A stretch of DNA of 64,000 bases from Candidatus Omnitrophota bacterium. Lineage in GTDB: Bacteria; Hinthialibacterota; Hinthialibacteria; Hinthialibacterales; Hinthialibacteraceae. The stretch covers positions 431 to 64,430 of the forward strand of contig JAFGTC010000130.1 in NCBI GenBank assembly GCA_016934335.1, read 5' to 3'. This document shows positions 9,895 to 19,310 of this stretch, piece after piece. How positions within the stretch are numbered: position 1 is the stretch's first letter; each line of letters starts with the position of its first letter. Position numbers and translations under genes: made by a program. Under the pieces are notes generated by a model. It did not search any database. It was not told the origin of the DNA and saw only the letters and a program-made list of their open reading frames with translations.

Positions 9895-11337
9895 ATGCGA
9901 GTTTTATTACTGAATCCTCCCGGCGATAAGCCGTATCTGCGCGACTATTATTGCAGCCACACCGCCAAAGGATATTATTATTGGCATCCCTACGATCTTG
10001 TCGTGCAGAGCGGCATTTTATCAAGATGCCATGAAGTCGAGTATCTTGACGCCATCGTGAACAAAATGAGCCGCAAGAGCGCGGCGGCTAAGATCAAAGC
10101 CATTCAGCCCGAAGCGATTGTTTTCTTGAGCGGCGGCGTCAGTTGGAGGCAGGATTTCGATTTTTTGGAAAGCCTGGACATCCCCCAAAATATTCCCGTT
10201 CTCGGCACCGGCGACGTGTTGGTCAGCAAGGGCAGGGAACTGATGACCAAGCATTCGTGGCTTTCCGGCGTATTGCTCGATTTTACATCCGACTCGATTG
10301 ATACCTTCCTGAACGCCTGGGATCGCCGCACCGGGCAAATCGATTTGGACGGCGACGTCCCCAATTTGCTGTATCGGAAAGACAGTGAATTCATCCGAGG
10401 CGTCGATCCGGGGAAGCGCTATTACTCGTTCCCTATTCCGCGCTACGATCTGCTGCCTCTGCGGAAATATCGCATCCCGCACGGGCGGCGAAAGTTGTTC
10501 GCTTCGTTTTTAACCGATTTCGGCTGCCCCTATCACTGTTCATTCTGTTTTAACGGCAAGTGGGATCATAAACTGCGCGATCTCGACAACGCCATGCAGG
10601 AACTGCGGTACGTCCGAGAGATCGGGATTCGCGAATTGTGGATCAAAGATTTGACGTTCGGCGTCAATCGCAAACATTCCACTGAATTCCTCCATCGCTT
10701 GATTCAAGAGAACCTGCGCTTCGATTGGATCACTTTGTCGCGCGTGGACGTCATGGATGAAGAACTTTTGTCTCTCATGGCCAGGGCGGGATGTCATACC
10801 ATTCAGTTTGGCGTGGAATCCGCCGATCCGGGAATCCTCAATTCCATCGAGAAAGGCATTCAGCCGGCGCGAGTCATGGAAATTTTTCGCCTGTGCCGAA
10901 AACTGCGAATTCGAACGCTGGCGCACTTCATCCTCGGCTTGCCCGGAGAAACCGAAGAAACCGCCCTTCGCACCATCGAATACGCCAAAGATTTAGATCC
11001 CGATTTTATTTCGTTCAACGTAGCCGCGCCGCGCATGGGTACCGATCTGCGCTCCGAAGCCATTCGTCAAGGCTGGGTGGATAAAGACGTCGATTCGGTT
11101 GACAACTCGACTTTTCTGCCTCAAATGGAAATCAACAGCATTTCCGGGCGGCGCGTCGTCGAACTACGCAACAAGGCCATCCGCGAATTTCATCTGCGAC
11201 CCTCGTATTTATGCCGAAAAGCCGCCGATATTCGCTCTCCGCGAGAATTCTGGCGGGCTTTGCAGAACGGTTATACGCTGATTAAATCGACGCTGTACAA
11301 ACCAACCATCGAGGAAATAATGGATGGTGAAATGTGA
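9895..11337 (+). CDS. Second B12-binding radical SAM protein
   Basis: LLNPP N-terminus, DFGCPYHCSFC, SRVD, FGVES and FILGLPGET. Confidence 0.88.
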   Translation: MRVLLLNPPGDKPYLRDYYCSHTAKGYYYWHPYDLVVQSGILSRCHEVEYLDAIVNKMSRKSAAAKIKAIQPEAIVFLSGGVSWRQDFDFLESLDIPQNIPVLGTGDVLVSKGRELMTKHSWLSGVLLDFTSDSIDTFLNAWDRRTGQIDLDGDVPNLLYRKDSEFIRGVDPGKRYYSFPIPRYDLLPLRKYRIPHGRRKLFASFLTDFGCPYHCSFCFNGKWDHKLRDLDNAMQELRYVREIGIRELWIKDLTFGVNRKHSTEFLHRLIQENLRFDWITLSRVDVMDEELLSLMARAGCHTIQFGVESADPGILNSIEKGIQPARVMEIFRLCRKLRIRTLAHFILGLPGETEETALRTIEYAKDLDPDFISFNVAAPRMGTDLRSEAIRQGWVDKDVDSVDNSTFLPQMEINSISGRRVVELRNKAIREFHLRPSYLCRKAADIRSPREFWRALQNGYTLIKSTLYKPTIEEIMDGEM

Positions 11338-11436
11338 ATTTTATTGCGAGATCTACGCTCGATTTTAAAATTCGATTTCTGATAGAATGAAACAGTTCCA
11401 TGCGGCCATTCATTGGATCCATTATTAAGAGAAATT

Positions 11437-12627
11437 ATGAAGATTTTATTCATAACACCATGTGTTCCAACAGCTTCTGATGGAAGGAGACCTTTTAATT
11501 TCCTTCGCTATCTCGCGCCGCGTCATGAAATTCATTTGTTATGCATGAAACTGCCCTCTCAAACGCCGGACGACATCCGCCGCATTCAGGAAATGGGCGT
11601 TCGCGTCATGACGGTGGAATACGAAAAATCGCGATCTCTTTTCAATTGTCTCCGCGGCGCCGCCGCGGCTCGACCTTTGCGCGTTTCCTGGTGTCAGTCT
11701 TTAGAGTTTCGCTCGGCTCTCGAAAAGACGCTTGAGCATCGCCGTTTTGATCTTGTCCATATCGACCGCATGCGCATGGGGCAGTACGCGCCGATAATCT
11801 CATCCCCCAAACTGGTTGATTTTACAGACTCTCTAACTCTTTATCTAGAACGATCTTTAACTCACCGGCGCAAACTTGGACAGCGTATGATCGATGCATG
11901 GGAGTTGCGGACGATTCCTCGCTTTGAACGCTGGCTGCTTCCCCGAATCGACGCCGCATTGGTTTGTTCCGAAGTCGATGCGGCGGAATTCAGAAAATGG
12001 CATCCAAAATATCAATTCGATGTCATCGAAAACGCCGTCGACAGCGACCAATACAAACCCAAATCACACCGGCCAAATCATGAAGCCCGCTGCGTGCTGA
12101 CCGGTACGTTGTTTTATTTCGCCAATGTTGACAGCGTGCTGTATTACCATGATGAAATTCTCCCTCCACTTCGAAAATTATTTCCCAATTTGGAGACGCA
12201 TGTGATCGGGGCGCGTCCAGTCCACGAAATCCGTAAATTGAACGAACGCCATGGCATTCAAGTATTCGCCGATATTCCAGATATGGCCGATTATCTCTAT
12301 CAAGACGATATTTACTTATGTCCTTTACGGGTGGCGGCCGGCGTGCGCAACAAGCTGCTGGAAGCCATGTCGGCCGGAATGCCGATCGTCACCACTCGCC
12401 TGGGAGTGGAGGGCATGTCGGTGCAGGATGATCGCGAAGTGCTTTTCGCCGAAACGCCCCGAGAGTTTTGCGATTGCGTGCAGCGTCTGAAGGCCTCGCC
12501 GCCGCTGCGCCAAAAACTCGCTGAAAACGGGCGAGCGTATGTTCAGAAGAATCATTGTCTTGAAATACTGGGCAGTAAATTAGAAGATCTGTACGATCGA
12601 ATGGTGAAGGAATCTGCGAACGCATAA
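11437..12627 (+). CDS. GT4 glycosyltransferase
   Basis: MKILFITP start (ATG 11437), GVRNKLLEAMSAGMPIVTT and LAENGRAYV. Confidence 0.9.
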   Translation: MKILFITPCVPTASDGRRPFNFLRYLAPRHEIHLLCMKLPSQTPDDIRRIQEMGVRVMTVEYEKSRSLFNCLRGAAAARPLRVSWCQSLEFRSALEKTLEHRRFDLVHIDRMRMGQYAPIISSPKLVDFTDSLTLYLERSLTHRRKLGQRMIDAWELRTIPRFERWLLPRIDAALVCSEVDAAEFRKWHPKYQFDVIENAVDSDQYKPKSHRPNHEARCVLTGTLFYFANVDSVLYYHDEILPPLRKLFPNLETHVIGARPVHEIRKLNERHGIQVFADIPDMADYLYQDDIYLCPLRVAAGVRNKLLEAMSAGMPIVTTRLGVEGMSVQDDREVLFAETPREFCDCVQRLKASPPLRQKLAENGRAYVQKNHCLEILGSKLEDLYDRMVKESANA

Positions 12628-12669
12628 TCATCAAAAGTCATAATCAAAAAAGATCATAATCAACAGCGA

Positions 12670-14466
12670 TTATTTCTTTGATTCGACTTTGGCGAACGCT
12701 TCCTTCAGCAATGACTGCAGTCCTGTATGACGGGCGCGTATTCGATTATTGCGGACGGCCATTTGCAGCGCGCGCTGTTCTCCCACTAATACGACCAGTT
12801 TTTTGCCGCGGCTGACGGCGGTGTACAACAAGTTGCGCTGCAGCATGGGGAAATGCTGCATAACCAGCGGCGCCACCACCGCCGGATATTCGCTGCCCTG
12901 CGACTTGTGAACCGTCACTGCATAAGCCAGTGTCGTATTGTCGAGTTCATGCCGCTCATATACGACGCTCTTTCCCTCGAAATTGATGGTAGCTGTGTTA
13001 TTTTTGGCGTCGATTTCCCAGACATAACCGATGTCCCCATTGAAGACATCCTTTGAATAATCGTTTTTGGTCTGCATGATCTTGTCGCCGGGCGACAGAG
13101 AATAAAACGGCGCTTTATAGCGGCTTTCCGCGGAATTCAGCGATTCCTGCAAAATGGCATTCATCGCCTCCACTCCCACGTCTTTTTTTATCATCGGACA
13201 CAAAACCTGCACGTCTTCTTTGGGATCGAAACCGAACTGCAGGGGAATTCGCTGGGTCACCATTTCGACGATCGCCTCCCGAACGCCGAGAGGCGTCGGC
13301 CGATTGATGAAAAAGAAATCTTGTCCCTCGTCGACGCCGCCGCTGTTCATCTCGGGCATCTCGCCTTGATTGATCTTTTGCGCATTGATCGAGATTAAAC
13401 TGCCTTCGTCCTGCCGGAAAATCTGCGACAGGCGAATCGTACATAAACATTCGCTTTCGATCAGATCGTGGAGTACGAATCCCGGCCCGACGGCGGGAAG
13501 TTGATCGACGTCGCCCACTAAAAGCAGATGGCAGGACGACGGCAGCGCTTCCAGGAGAGACGCCATTAACGCCGTGTCGATCATGGACGATTCGTCCACC
13601 ACCATCAAATCGACTCGCAGAGGGCGTTTGGAATTTCGTTTAAACATGGATATTTCGGGATCGTACTCCAACAGCCGGTGAAGCGTGAAGGCCTGCCGGC
13701 CGGTGCTTTCCGATAAACGTTTGGCGGCTCGTCCGGTCGGGGCGGCCAATTTGATGCGCGCGCCTCGCTGCTTCCAGAGTCGCAAGACTCCGCGGACGAT
13801 GGTGGTTTTGCCGGTTCCCGGACCGCCGGTAATGACAACCAGTTTATGGGTCAGCGAAGCGACGATCGCGTCCCGCTGGGCGGGGGCTAAATCGATGCGA
13901 AGGTCTCGCTCGACGTGATCGAGTTCCTCTTGAGCCGGCGCTTGCAGCGCCATACTCGACGCGGAAGCGTGCATCTCGGCGAAGCGGCGGGCGATTTGCG
14001 TTTCGGCCAAATAAAGATCGCGCAAATAGACGGACGAATCTTCCGCCGAGGACGCTTTCCGCATCATCAATTCGCGATTATGCAGCATGGAGTGCATGGC
14101 GTCTTCCCACTGATCTTCCTGGATCATTCGTATCAATCGCGCCGTTTTTTGTTGTAATTCGCCCAAAGGCAGAAAAACATGACCGTCATTCATGGAGGAC
14201 AATAACGCATATCGGATGCCGCCGCTGATTCGCTCCGGCGACGATTCGGCTATTCCCAATTGCAGCGCCAGGCGATCCAATTCCATCCACTTGATTGACG
14301 AATTTAAAAACAACGCGGAGTACGGATCCTGCCGCAAAACATCCAACGCGGAAGAGCCCCACTGACTATACGCCTGGCCGGCCACTGTCTTGCTCCAACC
14401 CAGGCGCATTAAATCCTGAACAATATTTCTTCTTGTACGAGCCATGCTTGTTTCATTCGCTTCCAT
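12670..14466 (-). CDS. recD2: RecD2-type ATP-dependent SF1B DNA helicase (N-terminally short)
   Basis: Walker A TGGPGTGKTT; LAAPTGRAAKR, VVDESSM, VGDVDQL, FNGDIG, YAVTVHKSQGSEY and RNLLYTAVSRG. Confidence 0.92.
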   Translation of the reverse strand: MEANETSMARTRRNIVQDLMRLGWSKTVAGQAYSQWGSSALDVLRQDPYSALFLNSSIKWMELDRLALQLGIAESSPERISGGIRYALLSSMNDGHVFLPLGELQQKTARLIRMIQEDQWEDAMHSMLHNRELMMRKASSAEDSSVYLRDLYLAETQIARRFAEMHASASSMALQAPAQEELDHVERDLRIDLAPAQRDAIVASLTHKLVVITGGPGTGKTTIVRGVLRLWKQRGARIKLAAPTGRAAKRLSESTGRQAFTLHRLLEYDPEISMFKRNSKRPLRVDLMVVDESSMIDTALMASLLEALPSSCHLLLVGDVDQLPAVGPGFVLHDLIESECLCTIRLSQIFRQDEGSLISINAQKINQGEMPEMNSGGVDEGQDFFFINRPTPLGVREAIVEMVTQRIPLQFGFDPKEDVQVLCPMIKKDVGVEAMNAILQESLNSAESRYKAPFYSLSPGDKIMQTKNDYSKDVFNGDIGYVWEIDAKNNTATINFEGKSVVYERHELDNTTLAYAVTVHKSQGSEYPAVVAPLVMQHFPMLQRNLLYTAVSRGKKLVVLVGEQRALQMAVRNNRIRARHTGLQSLLKEAFAKVESKK

Positions 14467-14635
14467 GCGATGATTGATCCATGCGGTAGTTTATCTTGAC
14501 CGGCTTTGAAAACAAATCAACGAGCGCTGTGCATGAATCAGCGAATCGCTTTGAAATAGAAAGTTTTCTTCTATACTATCCGGTTAGGGATATTGGAAGA
14601 TTCTTAAACAACCGATTTTTTAATGAGAATTTTGA

Positions 14636-15493
14636 ATGAAACTGCTGCGTTTTGGAGAAATCAATCAGGAAAAACCCGGCGTTTTGAACGAGGAAGGCGA
14701 GATTGTAGATGTTTCGTCCTTCACGGATGATTTCGATCCGGCGTTCTTTTCGAGGAACGGAGTGGAAACTCTATCCAGCTGGCTTCAGCAAAATCGAGAT
14801 TCGCTGTCCACCTATCCGGCGTCGATGCGCTTGGGATCTCCTGTTGCGCGCCCCGGGAAAATTATATGCATCGGATTGAATTATTCCGATCATGCCAAAG
14901 AATCGGGCGTCGAACCGCCGCGGGAGCCCCTGATTTTCTCCAAATCTCCAACCGCCTTAAGCGGTCCCAATGATCCCATTGAAATTCCCAGACATTCCAC
15001 TCACACCGATTGGGAAGTGGAACTGGCGTTCGTGATCGGGCGACGCGCCAAATATGTCGATGAAGAAGATGCGTTTTCTTATATCGCAGGCTTTTGCATC
15101 ATGAACGATGTGAGCGAGCGCGAGTTTCAAAAAGAACACTGCGGTCAATGGGTGAAGGGGAAAAGCCACGACACGTTTGCGCCTTTGGGGCCGTATCTCG
15201 CGACGCCGGATGAAATAGCCGACGTCCAGAATTTGAATATGCGACTCGACGTCAACGGAGAATGCATGCAGGACGGCAATACAAGCAACATGATTTTCCG
15301 CGTCTCATTTTTAGTGAGTTACATCAGCCGATTTATGACGTTGGCGCCAGGCGACATCATCAGTACGGGCACGCCGCCGGGCGTGGGCATGGGGAAAAAG
15401 CCGCCGCTCTTCCTGAAGCCGGGCGATGTGGTCGAACTATCCGTCGATGGGCTTGGAGGGCAGCGTCAAGAAATAATTTCGCATACATCATGA
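14636..15493 (+). CDS. Fumarylacetoacetate hydrolase family protein
   Basis: CIGLNYSDH, DWEVELA, NDVSER, KGKSHDTF and ISTGTPPGVG. Confidence 0.93.
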   Translation: MKLLRFGEINQEKPGVLNEEGEIVDVSSFTDDFDPAFFSRNGVETLSSWLQQNRDSLSTYPASMRLGSPVARPGKIICIGLNYSDHAKESGVEPPREPLIFSKSPTALSGPNDPIEIPRHSTHTDWEVELAFVIGRRAKYVDEEDAFSYIAGFCIMNDVSEREFQKEHCGQWVKGKSHDTFAPLGPYLATPDEIADVQNLNMRLDVNGECMQDGNTSNMIFRVSFLVSYISRFMTLAPGDIISTGTPPGVGMGKKPPLFLKPGDVVELSVDGLGGQRQEIISHTS

Positions 15494-15517
15494 ATCAGCA
15501 GAACGAGGTAAAGTTTC

Positions 15518-16768
15518 TTGGTACGTTTGTTTTTTGAGGATTGTACTCCCAACTTATTCATCCCCACTGATATTTATTCTGGCGAAGCCAAAAAGCGCTT
15601 ACTGGTGAAGAAGGGAACTCCTTTGACGGAAAGGGTCAAAGACCTTCTTCGTCAAAACGAAATTCATTATTTGGATTTTCCTCTCCCCTATGAAACGTCG
15701 TCTTCCGTTCCTTACACTTTCTCTGAAGAGACGGAACTTGCTTTCTTTCGCTTGGCCCAAAAGACGTATCGCGCGTTTCAAGCGGACAGCCTGGATAATC
15801 CCCTGGATATTCGCAAAGAGGCTTACGATATCATCACCGGCGCGTTTCAGGAGTTTCAACAAATCGCCCGGACGGAAAATCCATCCGACGGCCGATCGGC
15901 AAGGCGCTCTCTTCGATCGATTCTTCACCTTCGAACCATCGGCGCGTTGGATGATTATTTGTTCGAACACGCTAAAAACGTTTCCCTCTATTGTTTAACT
16001 TTGGGATACGATTATTTTCGGGAAAGCCGGCGCCAACTGGCGGATATTCATAAAGTCGCCGTGGCCGGTCTTTTCGCCGATATCGGGATGATGAAAATTC
16101 CAGCGAGCATTCGTCAAAAAAAAGAAAAATTAACGGAGCGCGAACTCGAAGTCATCCGAAAACATCCAATCATCAGCGGGCAATTCACGGAGTCTTTGTT
16201 TCGTCAAAAGAATTTTGTTACGCCAAGAATCGTCCGGCAGCATCATGAACGCTGCGATGGAAGCGGATATCCGAAAAAACTGCGCGGGGATGAATTGGAA
16301 CCGTACTCTTTCATCGTGAGCGTCGCCGACTCGTACGCCAGCATGATTTCGAAGCGAAATTTTCGCCCGCCTATGAATCCCATCGAAGCAATTTGGGAAT
16401 TAAACGATCAAGCCGGCCGCAGTTATGATGAAAAAACGGTGCGCTGCCTCAATTTTCGTGCGGCGCCTTATGCGGTTGGATCGGTTGCTCGTTTCGCCGG
16501 AAGTCGTTTGGTGCAAGTCGTCGATCTTGACAATATCCCCCTTCATCTTGAAGACGTCCGCATCGTCAAAAAAAAAGGGAAGGAAAATCCCTACAATAGT
16601 CCCAAATCAATCCGCGTATTTGCCGTCGACAAACTGATTCACCGGTTGAAAGTCGTCTCGATTCGAGGCCACTTGGATAAAATGGGATCTCTATTGGATC
16701 AATATGATTTGTTGGTGCTTTACGATTATGCAACAAAAGAAATGCTGGGTAATAAAAAACTAGATTGA
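15518..16768 (+). CDS. HD-GYP domain protein with a degenerate HD motif
   Basis: HHERCDGSGYP and IRKHP are present, but the expected LHDIG reads FADIG. Confidence 0.85.
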   Translation: MVRLFFEDCTPNLFIPTDIYSGEAKKRLLVKKGTPLTERVKDLLRQNEIHYLDFPLPYETSSSVPYTFSEETELAFFRLAQKTYRAFQADSLDNPLDIRKEAYDIITGAFQEFQQIARTENPSDGRSARRSLRSILHLRTIGALDDYLFEHAKNVSLYCLTLGYDYFRESRRQLADIHKVAVAGLFADIGMMKIPASIRQKKEKLTERELEVIRKHPIISGQFTESLFRQKNFVTPRIVRQHHERCDGSGYPKKLRGDELEPYSFIVSVADSYASMISKRNFRPPMNPIEAIWELNDQAGRSYDEKTVRCLNFRAAPYAVGSVARFAGSRLVQVVDLDNIPLHLEDVRIVKKKGKENPYNSPKSIRVFAVDKLIHRLKVVSIRGHLDKMGSLLDQYDLLVLYDYATKEMLGNKKLD

Positions 16769-17764
16769 ATCTTCTGCTTCCTTCCGATCTGTCGCACAGC
16801 TGAATTCTTCGATCTCAGGAACCTCGGCGGCGGGAACCGGCGATCCTTCGGCTCCCAGATGTTTTTGCGCCAAGAGAAGCAAACCCGCACCTCCCAATAA
16901 ACCCAAGCCAAAAATCCACTGCCCCGCGCTGAAGGTTTCTCCATAGATGAAATAAGAACCGATCGTCGTGATAAAGGGTAAGGATAGTTGACAGCCGGCG
17001 CTGATCGATGCGCCGAGATGCTCGATGGCGTAGTAAAAAGTAACATGAGCAAAGGCTATGCCCACCAAGGCGGAAATGACAAGAACGGCGAGCCGGTGCG
17101 GCTTCATGAGGGTTAAGTCGCTCGTTTTCCCAAAGAGAAGCATGATGATAATCAAACCGGCCGCCGTATAAATGCAAATGATGGGAAACGATACCCAGGG
17201 TTTGACTCCCCGCATGTAGTAGCGCACCGATACGCCGTACATCCCCAAAAAGACGGCGTTGCCCAGAATGAGCAGGATGCCGGTCCAGGATTCTTTCGAT
17301 TGGAACGTCCCGCGCATTACATTGAGTCCGACGAAGCCAATTAACAACAACAGCATGCCCCCCCAGAAATAGGGGGATCGCACAAGCGCCAGTTCATCGG
17401 GGAAAAGAGCAAAGGAAGCCAGGATGGTGAAGATCAGCGATAGACGGCTGAGAAACATCACCAGCCCCGGCTCTAAAAAGTAGACGGTCCACGCCCAAAA
17501 AGTTTGAGCGATAATGTTGATCAGCGAAGGGATGACGGCGTAATAAAAGAGTCGGCGAGGCACTTTTCCGCGGCGCATCGAAATGATCAAAGGCAGCAGC
17601 CACATCCCCGCCGCGACGCCGTAGCGCGAGCCGTTGGCCGTCCAGCCGTCCAATTCGTGAATGAACGAACGCAAGAACAGAGGAACCGTCGCCCACAGCA
17701 AAATGGAAGCGGCTAACGAGATGGTTGCAGGCGCATGAAATGAAGATCGAGTTGTTATTCGCAT
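16760..17764 (-). CDS. DMT/EamA family transporter
   Basis: About 10 hydrophobic segments in two repeats; YYAIEHLGAS and YGETFS patterns. Confidence 0.82.
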   Translation of the reverse strand: MRITTRSSFHAPATISLAASILLWATVPLFLRSFIHELDGWTANGSRYGVAAGMWLLPLIISMRRGKVPRRLFYYAVIPSLINIIAQTFWAWTVYFLEPGLVMFLSRLSLIFTILASFALFPDELALVRSPYFWGGMLLLLIGFVGLNVMRGTFQSKESWTGILLILGNAVFLGMYGVSVRYYMRGVKPWVSFPIICIYTAAGLIIIMLLFGKTSDLTLMKPHRLAVLVISALVGIAFAHVTFYYAIEHLGASISAGCQLSLPFITTIGSYFIYGETFSAGQWIFGLGLLGGAGLLLLAQKHLGAEGSPVPAAEVPEIEEFSCATDRKEAEDSI

Positions 17765-17851
17765 TGTCTTTATCTATAGCGATTTGGGAAGAATCTAATT
17801 AAGATTGTAACTGTTGATTGTAACCGAGATAATCGGTGAGTCTCCGCCTGC

Positions 17852-19153
17852 ATGACGAGATCATTAAAAATAAGGGAAAATCATATCGTGAGCGATGAAA
17901 TTAAATGCCTGCATCTCGCCGACCTTCATTTCGGCGTGGAAATCTATGGAACGACCAATTCGCAAACCGGACTCAATACGCGGCTTGAAGATTTTTCCCG
18001 CAGTTTGGAACAAATCATCGATCATGCGCTGCAAGAAGAAATTGATTTATGCGTGTTCGCCGGCGACGCCTACAGGCGCCATACGCCCTCGCCCACGCAG
18101 CAGCGCGAGTTGGTCAAACATTTCTGCCGCCTGGCCGACGAAGGCGTTCCCACGGTCATGATTTCAGGGAATCATGACATCCCCGTCATGCATGGAAAAG
18201 CATCCTCCATCGATATTTTTCGATCGCTGCGGCCGGGTCTGTTTCATGTCTATGTCAACCAACCGACCTGGGGCGAGAACAAGCCTCCGATCATCGAAAC
18301 CAAACGCGGCCCGATTGCGGTCTGCTGCCTGCCTTATATCAGCCCCAGTTTTTTGCGCAGCATCGAAAGTTTCAGGAATCTCGGGCGAGAAGATTTTCTG
18401 GATCAATGCGAAGGATTCATCAACACGGTCGTCGAAACGATGCCGGAATCGCTTCCCGACGACATCCCCCGCATGCTGGTCGCTCACCTGACGGTGGAAA
18501 GAGCGAAATTGGGAGGCTACCGCGGTTCGATGCTCATGACCGACGACATCCAGATCACGCCCGCCAATCTCGCCAACGCGGGGTACGATTATGTCGCGCT
18601 CGGGCATATTCATCATTTTCAAAATTTATCGCCCCACGAGGATGCGCCGGTTGTATATAGCGGCAGCATCGACCGCGTCGATTTCGGCGAACGCGACGAG
18701 GAGAAAGGATGCGTCATCGCCCGCATTCGCCGGGGAGGGGCCGAGGTGGAGTTTACGCCGATCCGGGTGCGCCCTTTCATTGAAATTTCCGTAGAAACAG
18801 AGCCAGGCGCCGATATTACTGAAGCGATCGTGGAAGAGATTGAAGCCGAAGAGATCGAAGACGCCGTCGTCCGCGTCAGATTCAAGGCGGATGATAAAGA
18901 GATTCAACACATCGATATGAAGCGGATTCACGAGGCGCTCAAGCCGGCCTATCACAAAGCCGGCTTTATCCGCATTCCCCGCGAGACATCCGTCAGGCGC
19001 CGCAGCCTGTCGCTTTCATCCGATATCGCTCTATCTGACGCCATGTCCGCATACCTGCGCGAGCATGAAGAATGGAAGGAAGACGGAGACGATCTGCTCA
19101 AAAGAGCCAAAGAGATTGAAAAGACGGTTCAGTCGGCCCTGGAAAATGAATAA
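17852..19153 (+). CDS. sbcD: SbcD/Mre11 exonuclease subunit
   Basis: HLADLHFG, FAGD, ISGNHD, YVALGHIH and YSGS...DFGE metallophosphoesterase motifs. The start may be GTG 17888. Confidence 0.9.
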   Translation: MTRSLKIRENHIVSDEIKCLHLADLHFGVEIYGTTNSQTGLNTRLEDFSRSLEQIIDHALQEEIDLCVFAGDAYRRHTPSPTQQRELVKHFCRLADEGVPTVMISGNHDIPVMHGKASSIDIFRSLRPGLFHVYVNQPTWGENKPPIIETKRGPIAVCCLPYISPSFLRSIESFRNLGREDFLDQCEGFINTVVETMPESLPDDIPRMLVAHLTVERAKLGGYRGSMLMTDDIQITPANLANAGYDYVALGHIHHFQNLSPHEDAPVVYSGSIDRVDFGERDEEKGCVIARIRRGGAEVEFTPIRVRPFIEISVETEPGADITEAIVEEIEAEEIEDAVVRVRFKADDKEIQHIDMKRIHEALKPAYHKAGFIRIPRETSVRRRSLSLSSDIALSDAMSAYLREHEEWKEDGDDLLKRAKEIEKTVQSALENE

Positions 19154-19310
19154 AAAGATCGAAAGAGCATCAGCGGAAATGCGATAGTTTTTTCTAATTC
19201 GCTGAAGTTGCTTGAGATTCTCCGCAAATATTGGTAAAACGATGGAGAGGAATTTCAATGGGTAAGGAACATCATTCCCAATCCAACCATATTTTAAGAA
19301 GGAGTCTCTC

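Noticed and set aside
16568-16576. A9 homopolymer in the HD-GYP gene as a phase-variation tract
   Set aside because: It encodes in-frame Lys codons, the ORF is intact, and there is no evidence of length variation.
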